The translations under genes and the position numbers were made by a program. 64,000 bases of DNA. Origin: Dehalococcoidia bacterium (GTDB lineage Bacteria; Chloroflexota; Dehalococcoidia; SHYB01). The notes below the pieces were generated by a model that was not told where the DNA came from, searched no databases, and was given only the letters and a program-made list of their open reading frames with translations. The first letter of the stretch is position 1. Each line of letters opens with the position of its first letter. Shown piece after piece: positions 9,380 to 18,944 of this stretch. The DNA is taken from positions 3,627,633 to 3,691,632 of the forward strand of contig OZ244810.1 of assembly GCA_965220155.1 (NCBI GenBank). Reading direction: 5' to 3'.

Positions 9380-9552
9380 GGTCCTTCCTCACTCAGCTAC
9401 TGTAGCCAGTGAGTAGGCGACGGCGTTGTAGTTGCCTTGGCAACAGTCAATGACGCCAATGTTCAACACGGGGATAGAGATCTGCAAGTGTCTGCCCGGC
9501 CGCTTGCCATTCGCCGCACCGCGTCTGTTGGCATGAGAATATAACGGCTGTC

Positions 9553-9888
9553 TCACGGAGTCTCTTCAGCCTCTCCAACATCGGAGAAGTTGGTGATGGC
9601 GACCTCGCCTTCGGGAAACTCGGCGACGATCTTCAGCCGCCCGCCCACCGCCTCGATGTAGGAACGGAGGCTGGAGACGTACACGTCCGCCCTCTGCTCC
9701 AGCTTGGCGACGGCGGGCTGGTTCACCTTCAGCTTCTCCGCCAGGTCCCGCTGGGTGAGCGCCCGCGCCCGGCGCAGCTCGTGCAACGGCATTTCGGCGA
9801 GCAGCTCTCTCTTCATGGCGTCGATGCGCCGACGGCGCTCCGACGTGAAGGCCTCGGTCAACTCCCGGAATGGATGGCGTCCACTCAT
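9553..9888 (-). CDS. XRE-family HTH antitoxin (HigA-like)
   Basis: LHELRRARALTQRDLAEKLKVNQPAVAKLE..D.YVSSLRSYIEAVGG; ATGA overlap with toxin stop. Confidence 0.88.
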   Translation of the reverse strand: MSGRHPFRELTEAFTSERRRRIDAMKRELLAEMPLHELRRARALTQRDLAEKLKVNQPAVAKLEQRADVYVSSLRSYIEAVGGRLKIVAEFPEGEVAITNFSDVGEAEETP

Positions 9889-10248
9889 TCGATCAGTCCC
9901 TCCTTCCGCAGTCCCTCCAGATGCTCGTCGTAGAGGTCGTCGGCCACCGGCACGTATTCCTGGTAGAACCTGTCGTTGCCCGTCTTGTCGCCGCCAATGA
10001 GGAGTATGGACGTTCGCCCGGGGTCGAAGGCGTAGAAGACCCGCAGGGGCGTACCCCCGCTCTGCGCTCGAAGCTCCCGCATGACCCCGTGGCGCGAGCT
10101 TCTTTTATGTCCGAGGAGTAGGGGTACGGCAGATTGGGGCCGTGCTCCATCAGCAGTTCGACCCTGGCGGCCACGGCGTCCTGTGACTCTCCAAGAGCGT
10201 CTGCCACCACTGCCCAAACTCGTCGGTGTACTCGACCCCCCAGACCAT
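9885..10248 (-). pseudogene. RelE/HigB-family toxin with two frameshifts
   Basis: Three successive frames give MVWGVEYTDEFGQWWQTL / QDAVAARVELLMEHGPNLPYPYSSDIK / SRHGVMRELRAQSGGTPLRVFYAFDP.RTSILLIGGDK; start frame stops after 32 codons. Confidence 0.85.
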
Positions 10249-10254
10249 GAGCCT

Positions 10255-10283
10255 ATTATATTCCTAATAAGGAATCAACACAA
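10255..10283 (-). promoter_or_regulatory. TA promoter with operator palindrome; probably leaderless transcript
   Basis: Minus strand TTGTGT-N17-TATAAT-N6-ATG; palindrome ATTCCT-N4-AGGAAT at 10260-10275 in the spacer. Confidence 0.7.
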
Positions 10284-10402
10284 GAGGTAATCGGGCGCTC
10301 CGGCGACGACACGGGCTCGCGCACAGGCCCCCCTTACAAGGCATTCATCTTGGAGGACGCGATGTGGTGCCATGGGGGTATACAGAGAATCGAGTTTGTG
10401 TG

Positions 10403-10455
10403 CGCCTCCAGGTCCGGCCAAACGGGACTATGCGGTCTCAGTCTGCGTCGCCTAT
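10403..10455 (+). repeat. 53-bp direct repeat, copy 2
   Basis: One mismatch versus 7865-7917; on the minus strand it begins at a TAGAAT -10-like box. Confidence 0.93.
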
Positions 10456-10660
10456 TCTAGTGGTCCCTATCGGTGGAGCTCGACGGCGGCAGCATATTTC
10501 GCCCAAAGAACGCGGCCCGCAAGCCTTCACCGGGATTGGGCTACGACTCCGAATCAGGGTACACTGGCGCCCGGCGCATTGGTCCTTCAGAGGCAAGGGG
10601 ACAATGCGGGATGCGCCCCGAGAATCGCGCGCTATCAGCATTTCGGAGGTTGTGAGGACG

Positions 10661-11080
10661 ATGGCAGAGCACCCCCACAAGCCAGTCCCCGTAGCGGACG
10701 AGTTCACCGAGGAGTTCTGGGCCGCAGTCGACCGCAAGGAATTGGTCATTCAGCGTTGCCAGAGGTGTCAGCGGTACCATCACCCGCCCGTCGGTGTGTG
10801 TACGAACTGTTTGTCCGACCGCTTTTCGTTTGCGCCCGTCAGCGGCCGCGGCAAGATATATACGTATACCATCACCCATGACGCGCGGCAGCCGGCCTTC
10901 GAAGCGGACATACCCTACACCATCGCAATGGTGGAGCTGGATGAGCAGCCGGAGCTGTTCCTGCTCAGCAACATCCCCGGGACGCCTACCGGCGAGATCA
11001 AGCACGGCTTGCGGGTCGAGGTTGATTTCGAAGAGATCGTCCCGGGCAGGTTCATTCCTCAGTTCCGCGTCGTTGACTGA
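10661..11080 (+). CDS. Zn-ribbon/OB-fold (DUF35, ChsH2-like) protein
   Basis: FW.A...ELVIQRCQRC, HPP..VCTNC, SGRGKIYTYT, PY.IAMVELDE. Confidence 0.88.
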   Translation: MAEHPHKPVPVADEFTEEFWAAVDRKELVIQRCQRCQRYHHPPVGVCTNCLSDRFSFAPVSGRGKIYTYTITHDARQPAFEADIPYTIAMVELDEQPELFLLSNIPGTPTGEIKHGLRVEVDFEEIVPGRFIPQFRVVD

Positions 11081-11103
11081 CAAGTCGCGTCGTTGACTGA
11101 CAA
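11066..11103 (+). repeat. 18-bp tandem duplication spanning the stop codon
   Basis: CGCGTCGTTGACTGACAA at 11066-11083 and 11086-11103. Confidence 0.9.
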
Positions 11104-11142
11104 ACCGATTGCAGCGCCCGGAAAACTCCCGAGAGGAAGCCC

Positions 11143-12315
11143 ATGACCCAACAACCTGACCTGACGGGAAAGGTCGCAGTGGTAGGAGTAGGCCATTCCA
11201 AGGTCTACCGGCGGGCCGACGTAGCGCTGGGTGTCCTGGCTGTCGACGCGGCGACGAAGGCTATAGAGGATGCCGGGCTTGAAGTTTCCGACATCGACGG
11301 GCTTTCCACCACCCCTTATCAGCCATTCGAAGGGGCAGGGGAGATCGATGGAGTCAACATCGTGAGCCCCGAGTTCCTGATGCAGGCGATGCGCATGGAG
11401 GTCGCATGGTCGGAGCGGCAGCTACGCCCTGTAGGAGCCAGCCTCATCGATACCATGCATGCGGTGGCCTCGGGGCAGTGCCGCTACGCGGTCTGCTTCA
11501 GGGGGCTCCACAGCCCGGCCGGAAGACGCTACGGGCGGACCGCCCCCGAAACGGCCCTAGGGGGCGCCCAGTTCCGGGCCCCATATGGCCTGTTCCCCCC
11601 GGGCTCGTACGCGATCATTGCGCAGCGATATATGGACAAGTACGGGGCCACTTCAGAGCAGTTGGGGGCGTTCATCGTTCAGAACCGGGAGAGAGCCCTG
11701 AAGTGGGAGCATGGTTATTGGTACCAGCACGGAGGCGGGCCTCTTACGATGGAGGACTACATGACCTCGCGCATGATCTCCAGCCCTCTTCGCATCCACG
11801 ACTGTGACATTCCCGTGCAGGTCGCGGCAGCCTTCGTGGTGACGACGGCGGAACGCGCCAAAGACTTGAGGCATCCGCCCGCTTATGTCCTTGGCACATC
11901 AAACCCGTTCACCGTGCCGACGGAATCGAACCCCTCCCTCGAGCGGTTCCTGGAAGAGGGAGCCCAGACGGGCAGGTTCCTCTGGCGCAACTCCGGAATC
12001 AGACCGCAGGACGCTGACGTCGTCAATCTGTACGATGGGTTCAGCGTCCTGACTCCCATGTGGGCCCACGCTTTGGGTTTCTGTGATGAGGGAGAGGGCT
12101 TTTCGTTCATCGCGGCGCCTCCTGTTCCCTTCAACACCTCCAGCGGGAACCTCGGTGCGGGACGCAGTCACGGCATAGCCCAGATCATGGACTCGGTGTT
12201 GCAGATCATGGGCAGGTCCGGTCCTCGCCAGGTAGCGGGTGCCGAGACTGCCGTTGCCGTTACCAATCCCCTGAACATCGGGTCCGGGTTCGTTTTCAGC
12301 AAGCAACCCGGCTGA
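11143..12315 (+). CDS. Thiolase-like / lipid-transfer protein (SCP2/Ltp2-type)
   Basis: VAVVGVG, AIEDAGL..SDIDG, ISSPLRIHDCD, NLYDGFS, NTSSGNL..G.SHG, QIMG. Confidence 0.85.
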   Translation: MTQQPDLTGKVAVVGVGHSKVYRRADVALGVLAVDAATKAIEDAGLEVSDIDGLSTTPYQPFEGAGEIDGVNIVSPEFLMQAMRMEVAWSERQLRPVGASLIDTMHAVASGQCRYAVCFRGLHSPAGRRYGRTAPETALGGAQFRAPYGLFPPGSYAIIAQRYMDKYGATSEQLGAFIVQNRERALKWEHGYWYQHGGGPLTMEDYMTSRMISSPLRIHDCDIPVQVAAAFVVTTAERAKDLRHPPAYVLGTSNPFTVPTESNPSLERFLEEGAQTGRFLWRNSGIRPQDADVVNLYDGFSVLTPMWAHALGFCDEGEGFSFIAAPPVPFNTSSGNLGAGRSHGIAQIMDSVLQIMGRSGPRQVAGAETAVAVTNPLNIGSGFVFSKQPG

Positions 12316-12442
12316 CGCCGATCGGCCTATGGCCCGTCCGTGCTCTCCTCGGCGTTCGTCGCGCAGGTATGCAGGCGGCGCTCACAACGATGTACACTGC
12401 GGACTGGGCTCGGCCGGAAGCCGCAGGCGGAAAGGAATGCCG

Positions 12443-13639
12443 ATGAAGTTTGGGATCTTTTTCGAGATCATCGTCCCACGTCCGTGGACCCCGGAGCGGG
12501 AACGCCAGGCGTTCGAAGACTGCGTAGCGCAGGCGAAGCTTGCCGACGAGCTCGGCTTCCAGACGGCCTGGGTGGTCGAGCACCACTTCTTCGAGGAGTT
12601 CAGCCACGCCTCCGCCCCCGACCTGTTTCTCCTGGCTGTAGCCAGGGAGACGAAGCAGATCAGGCTTGGACATGGGATTGCCATCTGCGTCCCAGAGATC
12701 AACAGCGCCGTCAGGCTGGCTGAAAGGGCGGCGACCCTCGATATCCTTTCGGGAGGGCGAGTCGAGTTCGGGACCGGACGGGCGGCGACTTGGAACGAGC
12801 TGGCGGGATTCCGCGCCAACCCCGACTACACCAAGAAGACGTGGGACGAGTTCGTCCGCACGATTCCCAAAATGTGGATGGAGGAGCGCTTCGGCTACGA
12901 TGGACAATATGTCAAGTTGCCCCGTCGGGCCGTCATCCCCAAGCCCTATCAGCAGCCCCATCCGCCCATGTGGGCAGCCTGCGGCAGCCGCGGCACCGAG
13001 ATCGATTCCGCCGAACGCGGTATCGGCGCCCTATTCCTTTCGTTCTCCGGGTACCAGCAGCAGGCGGAGCGCGTGAAGGGGTTCAGAGAGCGAATCGCCC
13101 GCTGCGACGACCCTGTTGGAGGGTTGATCAACAATCGGGCAACCCTCGTGAATTTCCTCTATTGCCACGAAGACGACGAGGTCGGCCAGAGTGTCGGAAA
13201 GCGTCTCGCGATCCGGTACGGGGAGACCGGAGGACAGGCCTCGGGAGTCAGCGAGCTCTATCCAACCCCCGGATACTCGTATACCGGTGATGTGCGCAGC
13301 GCCCTCCAGCGCGGCACTTCAGCACCAGCGCCCCAATCGGACGGGCAGGCAGGCTACTCCCAGAGGTCGAGTCTGCGCACCCTCTACCACAGTGAAGATG
13401 CCAGGGTCCCTGAGGGACTCTGCGGCGGAGACCCCCAACGCATCATCAAGGCCCTGGAGGGCTGGGGGGAAACCGGCATCGATGAGGTCTCGTTCCTGAT
13501 GAGCGCCGGTGAGATAGTGACCCACCAGGAAGTCATGGACAGTCTGCGCCTGTTCGGCCGCGAGGTGCTCCCCCACTTCCAGAACGACAACGAGACTCCA
13601 ACGGTTGGGTCGGTCACCAAGGTGCCGGTGGCCCGATGA
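12443..13639 (+). CDS. LLM-class flavin-dependent oxidoreductase
   Basis: MKFGIF, ADELGF..AWVVEHHF, AERAATLDILSGGRVEFGTGR, PKPYQQPHPP. Confidence 0.92.
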   Translation: MKFGIFFEIIVPRPWTPERERQAFEDCVAQAKLADELGFQTAWVVEHHFFEEFSHASAPDLFLLAVARETKQIRLGHGIAICVPEINSAVRLAERAATLDILSGGRVEFGTGRAATWNELAGFRANPDYTKKTWDEFVRTIPKMWMEERFGYDGQYVKLPRRAVIPKPYQQPHPPMWAACGSRGTEIDSAERGIGALFLSFSGYQQQAERVKGFRERIARCDDPVGGLINNRATLVNFLYCHEDDEVGQSVGKRLAIRYGETGGQASGVSELYPTPGYSYTGDVRSALQRGTSAPAPQSDGQAGYSQRSSLRTLYHSEDARVPEGLCGGDPQRIIKALEGWGETGIDEVSFLMSAGEIVTHQEVMDSLRLFGREVLPHFQNDNETPTVGSVTKVPVAR

Positions 13640-14415
13640 CCAGCGCCTCATTCCAGACCACTCCAGGCTCAAGAGACGCGCGTTCCCTCGCCGGGCATGC
13701 CCCGATCGTCGATATCTCCGACCTGAAGCCGGAGCCCGTCTCCGTAGAGGAGATGGAGGTCTACCATGTGCTGATCGAGGTCGACGACCGTGTGCTGACC
13801 CCATTGATGCCACCGGCCCTTCACGTCCCTCTCCCACCCATGGTCTCCTTCGTCTTCTGGTCGTGCCGGGACGGCAGCCTTGGGCCATTCAAGCTGGCGC
13901 AAGTACGTATCAGCACTCGGCTGAACGCCCGCCCGCGCGGCCTTCTGCTGGGCTCGTATTTTGAAGGAGACCCCGAGGCCGCCCGCCGGCTCCGGAAGCA
14001 CTGGGCGTTCGACTGCCAGCCGGGCAACATTACCGTCCGGGAGTACCACGATCAGGTGGTAGGGACTGTGGAGGCAGATGGGAGGCAGGTCCTGAGGGTC
14101 TCGGGCCGGGACCCCATCGCCATCGCGCCGGACGATGTCCGGGACATGCCGAACTGCAACCCCGTGCGGCTCCAAAAGGCCGATGGGTTGTTTCCCTTGC
14201 TCCTGCAGGTAGACACGGAGTCCGAGGTCAAGCAAGCCACGAGGAGCATCCATCCCACCCTCGACCATTTCGATGGCGAAGCCTGGAACGCTCCGGGCAT
14301 CAGCCAGGAATATCCGGTCCGCGCCCTGCGCTACACCTGCGAATTCCGCGTGCCAGCACCCCGGTTCACGATTGATCCGGCGCTATCCACGGATCAGCGG
14401 AGCGAGGCGATTTAA
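13636..14415 (+). CDS. Acetoacetate decarboxylase-like family protein
   Basis: LMPPALH...PPMV, DGSLGPFKLAQVRI..R, ARRLRKHWAF resemble ADC-like fold; ATGA-coupled to the LLM gene. Confidence 0.55.
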   Translation: MTSASFQTTPGSRDARSLAGHAPIVDISDLKPEPVSVEEMEVYHVLIEVDDRVLTPLMPPALHVPLPPMVSFVFWSCRDGSLGPFKLAQVRISTRLNARPRGLLLGSYFEGDPEAARRLRKHWAFDCQPGNITVREYHDQVVGTVEADGRQVLRVSGRDPIAIAPDDVRDMPNCNPVRLQKADGLFPLLLQVDTESEVKQATRSIHPTLDHFDGEAWNAPGISQEYPVRALRYTCEFRVPAPRFTIDPALSTDQRSEAI

Positions 14416-14522
14416 CCGCGCTGGCGGTATCCGCAGCAAAGGAGCCGTTCCCGAGCCGTTGTTGAGCGTTTGGTCTGGCTCGCGGCAGCAGGCGACGGGA
14501 CAGCCAGGACTCGGGAGACCCC

Positions 14523-15704
14523 ATGGACTTCACCTTCAGCGCGCAGGATGAGACATTCCGCCGGGAGCTCCGGCAATTCTACAAAGACGAGCTCCCGTCC
14601 GACTGGACCGGAGCCAACGACGAAGGGGCGGAAACCCATGCCATCTCTCAACGTCTCAGGAAGAAGCTCGCGGACAAGGGCTGGCTCACGAGCTCCTGGC
14701 CCAAGGAGTACGGAGGCCGGGATGCTCCCATCACCACCCAGCTCGTGATTGCGGAAGAGAGCGCCTATGCCCGTTTCAGCGCCAGGGAACAGGGGGTGGG
14801 TTTCCTGGGGCCCGCAATCATCCAGCACGGGACCGAGGAGCAGAAGAAAAAATTCCTGCCTCCAATTTCGAGGGCCGAGATCGTCTTTCACCAGGGCTTC
14901 AGCGAGCCGGACGCCGGATCGGACCTGGCGGGCCTCAAGACCACGGCGAAGCGCGACGGCGACTTCTACGTGATCAACGGCCAGAAGATATGGGGGGGCA
15001 ACCTGCGGTTTGCCGACTATAGCTTTTTGCTAGCGCGCACAGACCAGGAGGCCCCCAAGCACAAGGGGCTCAGTCTCCTGGTGATCCCCGCCGACACCCC
15101 AGGGTTACGGTACGAGGAGTTCGGGAACCTGGGCGGCGGCACTCAGAATATCGCGTACTACGACGATTGCAGGGTACCGGTCCACGAGGCCCTCATCGGG
15201 GAGGAGAACCAGGGCTGGTATACGGCCATGGCGGTGCTCAACCACGAGCGGGTCGTCCTCGAGTACTCCTCCATGGGCCGCCGGCTGCTGGACGACGTCA
15301 TCGGCGCGTGGGAGATGAGAAGAGCCGGGTCCGCCAAGAGTGGGATGGGCCCCGTGATGCGCAACAAGCTGGCCCAGGCGGCCGTAGAGCTCGAGGTCGC
15401 CCGGATGCTCGTCTACCGCATCGCCTGGCTGGAAGGAAGGGGGACACATGCTACCTTCGAAGCATCGGAGTTCAGGCTCTTCGGGACCGAGATGATCCAG
15501 CGCTTCACCCAGACAGCCAGCGAGCTGTTAGGGCTGTACGCCCAGGTAACCGGCACGGACGCCCACCCCCAATACGTCACAGCATTGGGGGCTATCGAGC
15601 ACCTGTACCGCTACGCAGTGTCCTTCACGATCATGGGAGGCACCGCTGAGGTCCAACGGACCGTCATCGCAAGTCAGGGCCTCGGCCTGCCACGAGGAAA
15701 CTGA
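14523..15704 (+). CDS. Acyl-CoA dehydrogenase
   Basis: QGFSEPDAGSDLAGL, INGQKIW, GEENQGW, LNHER, IMGGTAEVQR. Confidence 0.93.
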   Translation: MDFTFSAQDETFRRELRQFYKDELPSDWTGANDEGAETHAISQRLRKKLADKGWLTSSWPKEYGGRDAPITTQLVIAEESAYARFSAREQGVGFLGPAIIQHGTEEQKKKFLPPISRAEIVFHQGFSEPDAGSDLAGLKTTAKRDGDFYVINGQKIWGGNLRFADYSFLLARTDQEAPKHKGLSLLVIPADTPGLRYEEFGNLGGGTQNIAYYDDCRVPVHEALIGEENQGWYTAMAVLNHERVVLEYSSMGRRLLDDVIGAWEMRRAGSAKSGMGPVMRNKLAQAAVELEVARMLVYRIAWLEGRGTHATFEASEFRLFGTEMIQRFTQTASELLGLYAQVTGTDAHPQYVTALGAIEHLYRYAVSFTIMGGTAEVQRTVIASQGLGLPRGN

Positions 15705-15730
15705 GGCAAACCGGCTTCCTCCGATTGACG

Positions 15731-16153
15731 ATGATTTCACAAACTGACAGAATAGACGCGTCCGAGGGGGACCGTACTATCAGACTCATCAGTTTCGACA
15801 TAGACGGTACCATGATCTTTGGACAGCCCCCCGGTCACATTACCCTGGACTTGGTGCGCAAGGCGAAAGAGCTGGGGTTTGTCGTGGGCAGCGCCTCGGA
15901 CCGGCCTATATCGAATCAAATTGATCTCTGGAAGGAGCACGAGATCGATGTCGATTTCGTCTCCCTGAAACACCGGTTAACCGAGATCAAGGAGCGCTTC
16001 CAGGGGCTGAGGTACCTCCACATCGGCGACACGGAGATGGACCGCTACTTCGCCGTCCAGGCGGGCTTTGACTTCCTCTGGATCCACGAGGTCCCCGACG
16101 ACGGCTCGCATCACTGGATGTTTCCTGACTCAGCGGGCCCGAACCACGACTGA
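15731..16153 (+). CDS. HAD-family hydrolase
   Basis: ISFDIDGT, SASDR, LHIGDTEMD...A..AGF. Confidence 0.82.
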   Translation: MISQTDRIDASEGDRTIRLISFDIDGTMIFGQPPGHITLDLVRKAKELGFVVGSASDRPISNQIDLWKEHEIDVDFVSLKHRLTEIKERFQGLRYLHIGDTEMDRYFAVQAGFDFLWIHEVPDDGSHHWMFPDSAGPNHD

Positions 16154-16960
16154 CGCGCCTCGGGCCAAGCCCAGGCCGGAAGCCGCGCTGCCGTCGGTCA
16201 CCGCGATCTCCAGGGTCCCCATGCTGCCCCAGACCGCCAGGCGTCCCACCGCATCGGCATAGGAGTTGCTTATCCCGCTCACTGACTCCGCCCCGGCTGT
16301 CACTATGACGTCGCCGGCGGGGATATGCTCCGGCCGGATGTTGCTGACGAGATTCCCATAGCCATCCACGTGGACGACCATCCCGCGGATGGCCCCGTCC
16401 TCCCCTAGAGATGGGTCAGGCAATATGAAACGCCTGATCGACTCTACCCTCGGCCCAAATCTCTCGAAGGGGACTCCCGCTGAGAGGTGAGCGGCCGCGG
16501 GGGCAAAAACATCTCTACCGTGGAATGTGCCGCTAACGCTAGGGAGCCGGAAGGATGCATTGGCCAGCTCGACCGCCACCGCGCTCTCCGGGACAGGGGC
16601 CTCCACCGCCTCGAATGGAGAGGGGCCCCGTTCGACGCCGGCCGTCGTCGGACCCAGGGCCAGGCTGAGGACGCCATTGTCGGGGCCTACGAAGTAGTGG
16701 CCATGGACGAGGACTGCCAGGGGCCTTCGACTGGTGCCGACGCCGGGATCAACCACGGCTAAGTGGACAGTCCCCGGGGGAAAGAAATGCCACATGCTAC
16801 TGAGGACATACGCTCCGTGAAAGACGTCCTGCGGTGGGACTCGGTGAGCAACGTCAACCAGGTTGGCGGCAGGGTTCACGGAAAGGAGCGCGCCCTTCAT
16901 GGACGCCACATACGCGTCGCGGGTGTCGAAATCCGTAGTCAGGGTGATAACGGGGCCCAT
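16130..16960 (-). CDS. SAM hydroxide adenosyltransferase (DUF62; chlorinase/fluorinase superfamily)
   Basis: ITLTTDF, VHLAVVDPGVG, GPDNG, TFHGRDVFAPAAA, VDGYGN. Confidence 0.9.
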   Translation of the reverse strand: MGPVITLTTDFDTRDAYVASMKGALLSVNPAANLVDVAHRVPPQDVFHGAYVLSSMWHFFPPGTVHLAVVDPGVGTSRRPLAVLVHGHYFVGPDNGVLSLALGPTTAGVERGPSPFEAVEAPVPESAVAVELANASFRLPSVSGTFHGRDVFAPAAAHLSAGVPFERFGPRVESIRRFILPDPSLGEDGAIRGMVVHVDGYGNLVSNIRPEHIPAGDVIVTAGAESVSGISNSYADAVGRLAVWGSMGTLEIAVTDGSAASGLGLARGASVVVRAR

Positions 16961-16985
16961 CGCGGGGGCATGACCCCTATGGTCC

Positions 16986-17201
16986 CTACAACACCCGGGC
17001 GCTGACGATGGACATGACGACGAATAGGAAGATCAAGAAGATAGTCGCCCGGAATAGAGTACGCTCAAACCCTCGCCTGGTGCGGAAGGTCGAATAGGCC
17101 GAGCCAAAAAAACCGGCGCCCGTTCCTTTTACCTGAAGGATAACCACCGACACCAGCAGTACCGAGAGGACGATGGAAACGACCTGGATCGTGAATTCCA
17201 T
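16986..17201 (-). CDS. secG: Preprotein translocase subunit SecG
   Basis: Two TM segments, ILQVKG.G.G, TRRGFERTLFRAT. Confidence 0.88.
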   Translation of the reverse strand: MEFTIQVVSIVLSVLLVSVVILQVKGTGAGFFGSAYSTFRTRRGFERTLFRATIFLIFLFVVMSIVSARVL

Positions 17202-17211
17202 GCTCCGGCAC

Positions 17212-18702
17212 TCAGCCCTTTGGAAGCCCGTCGAGCTTCGCTCTCAGCATGTCGTTGACTGCATTGGGGTCGGCGCGGCCCCGGGTAGTCTTCATGACCT
17301 GTCCTACAAGAAACCTGACCGCTGTCTCTTTTCCGCCGAGATAGTCCCGCACGGCGTTGGGGTTGTTTGCGATCGCCTCTTCAACGGCCGGGACCATGTC
17401 GGCGGCCTCTGACAGCTGGGTCTTCCCCTGTTCCTGGACCAGGAGAGCGGGCGATTTCCCCGACCTGAATGACTCTTCGAAGACCTCTTTCGCCACAGTC
17501 TGGTTGATAGTCCGGCGCTCGAGCATCTCCAGGACCTCGGCCATATGCTCCGGCCTGATCTTGACCCCAGCACCGTCCACCTCCAGCTCTTCAGCATTGA
17601 GAAGCCGGCTCAGCTCGCCTAGCATCCAGTTAGCGACGCCCTTGGCCCGGGCTGGCTGGTCGGCGCTATCGCTGGGAATCGCAACGGTGGTCTCGAAGAA
17701 ATCGGCCATCGCCTTGGAAGCAGTCAGCAGCCGGGCGTCGTAGGTCGACAGGCCGTACTGATCCTGAAGGCGTGCCTGCTTGGTGTCGGGCAGCTCTGGA
17801 AGGCGCTCTCGCAGGTCGTCGACCCAGCGCGACGTCAACACCATTGGCGGTAGATCGGGCTCTGGGAAGTACCGATAGTCGTGTGCCTGCTCTTTGGAAC
17901 GCTGCGACAGAGTGACACCGCGCGCCTCGTGCCAGCCTCGAGTCTCCTGGACGATCCTGTCCCCGGCATCGAGGCGCTGCCGCTGCCGCTCCTCTTCATA
18001 CTCCAGGGCCCGGAAGACCGCCCTGAAGCTGTTCATGTTCTTCACTTCGACCTTCGAAGGCGGCAGCTCCGTTGATCCGGCGGGGCGCAGGCTCACGTTG
18101 GCATCGCAGCGGAAGCTGCCCTCCTGCATGTTGCCGGTGCTGACCCCAAGGTAGCGCAGGATGGTCCGAAGCTTCATCAGATAGAGTCGCGCTTCTTCGG
18201 GCGACCTGATGTCCGGCTCTCCCACGATCTCCATGAGTGGCGTACCCGACCGGTTGACGTCGACGAGACTGTAGCTCTCTCCGGACGGTCCGGTCCGATG
18301 CAGCAGCTTTGCCGTGTCTTCTTCGAGATGTACCCGGGTTACGCCGATTCGCCGGATGCCGCCATCGAGGTCGACCTCAAGCCAGCCGCCGCTGGCGATG
18401 GGGCTATCGTATTGGGATATCTGATACCCCTTCATCAGGTCGGGGTATGGATAGTTCTTGCGGTCGAACTTGGTCTCCTCGTTGATCGTGCAGTTGAGGG
18501 CCAACCCAGTCATGATGGTGGCTTCTACCGCGACCTTGTTAATGACCGGCAGGGTGCCGGGAAGTCCGAGCGTCACGGGGTCGACATGGGTATTGGGCGC
18601 AGCGGACTGATAGTCCGACGGGCACCTGGTGAACATCTTGCTTCGGGTCAAGACCTGGGCGTGGACTTCCAGGCCGATCACCGGCTCGTAAGCGGTGGTC
18701 AT
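17212..18702 (-). CDS. gatB: Asp/Glu-tRNA amidotransferase subunit B
   Basis: [48 protein letters not shown]. Confidence 0.97.
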   Translation of the reverse strand: MTTAYEPVIGLEVHAQVLTRSKMFTRCPSDYQSAAPNTHVDPVTLGLPGTLPVINKVAVEATIMTGLALNCTINEETKFDRKNYPYPDLMKGYQISQYDSPIASGGWLEVDLDGGIRRIGVTRVHLEEDTAKLLHRTGPSGESYSLVDVNRSGTPLMEIVGEPDIRSPEEARLYLMKLRTILRYLGVSTGNMQEGSFRCDANVSLRPAGSTELPPSKVEVKNMNSFRAVFRALEYEEERQRQRLDAGDRIVQETRGWHEARGVTLSQRSKEQAHDYRYFPEPDLPPMVLTSRWVDDLRERLPELPDTKQARLQDQYGLSTYDARLLTASKAMADFFETTVAIPSDSADQPARAKGVANWMLGELSRLLNAEELEVDGAGVKIRPEHMAEVLEMLERRTINQTVAKEVFEESFRSGKSPALLVQEQGKTQLSEAADMVPAVEEAIANNPNAVRDYLGGKETAVRFLVGQVMKTTRGRADPNAVNDMLRAKLDGLPKG

Positions 18703-18944
18703 ATGCAGGGTGAGTATAGCAGCGGGCCTCCCTTGCGGGCAACGCCGACAGGGTCCTCGAACCCGAAGGCCCTGGGCTCCGGTCCACCCTCGAGCCCTGC
18801 GGGGGCCGGACTACAGGAAAGTCCCCAGACTGGACCGCGATCTGGGCCCAACCGCTTTCTTGTCCCCTGATCGCAAATCGTTTACCCTGTTCCTAACCTG
18901 ATCGGCGATTCGAAATCTCTATGGCGAAAATGGGCTTAGCGGCT

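Noticed and set aside
7918-9552. Integron cassette array (FRG and TA genes are common cassette cargo)
   Set aside because: Hairpins exist downstream of the genes but no RYYYAAC...GTTRRRY attC pairing and no integron integrase
10095-10200. Programmed ribosomal frameshifting in the toxin
   Set aside because: Two shifts would be required and the first site has no slippery sequence; decay or sequencing error is simpler
16130-16960. True fluorinase or chlorinase
   Set aside because: Has the FHGRD motif of the widespread DUF62 SAM hydrolases and sits behind gatB-secG with no halometabolite genes
18899-18914. attL/attR copy of the tRNA-Pro 3' end bounding the GTPase island
   Set aside because: TGATCGGCGATTCGAA matches the tRNA end only in short gapped pieces
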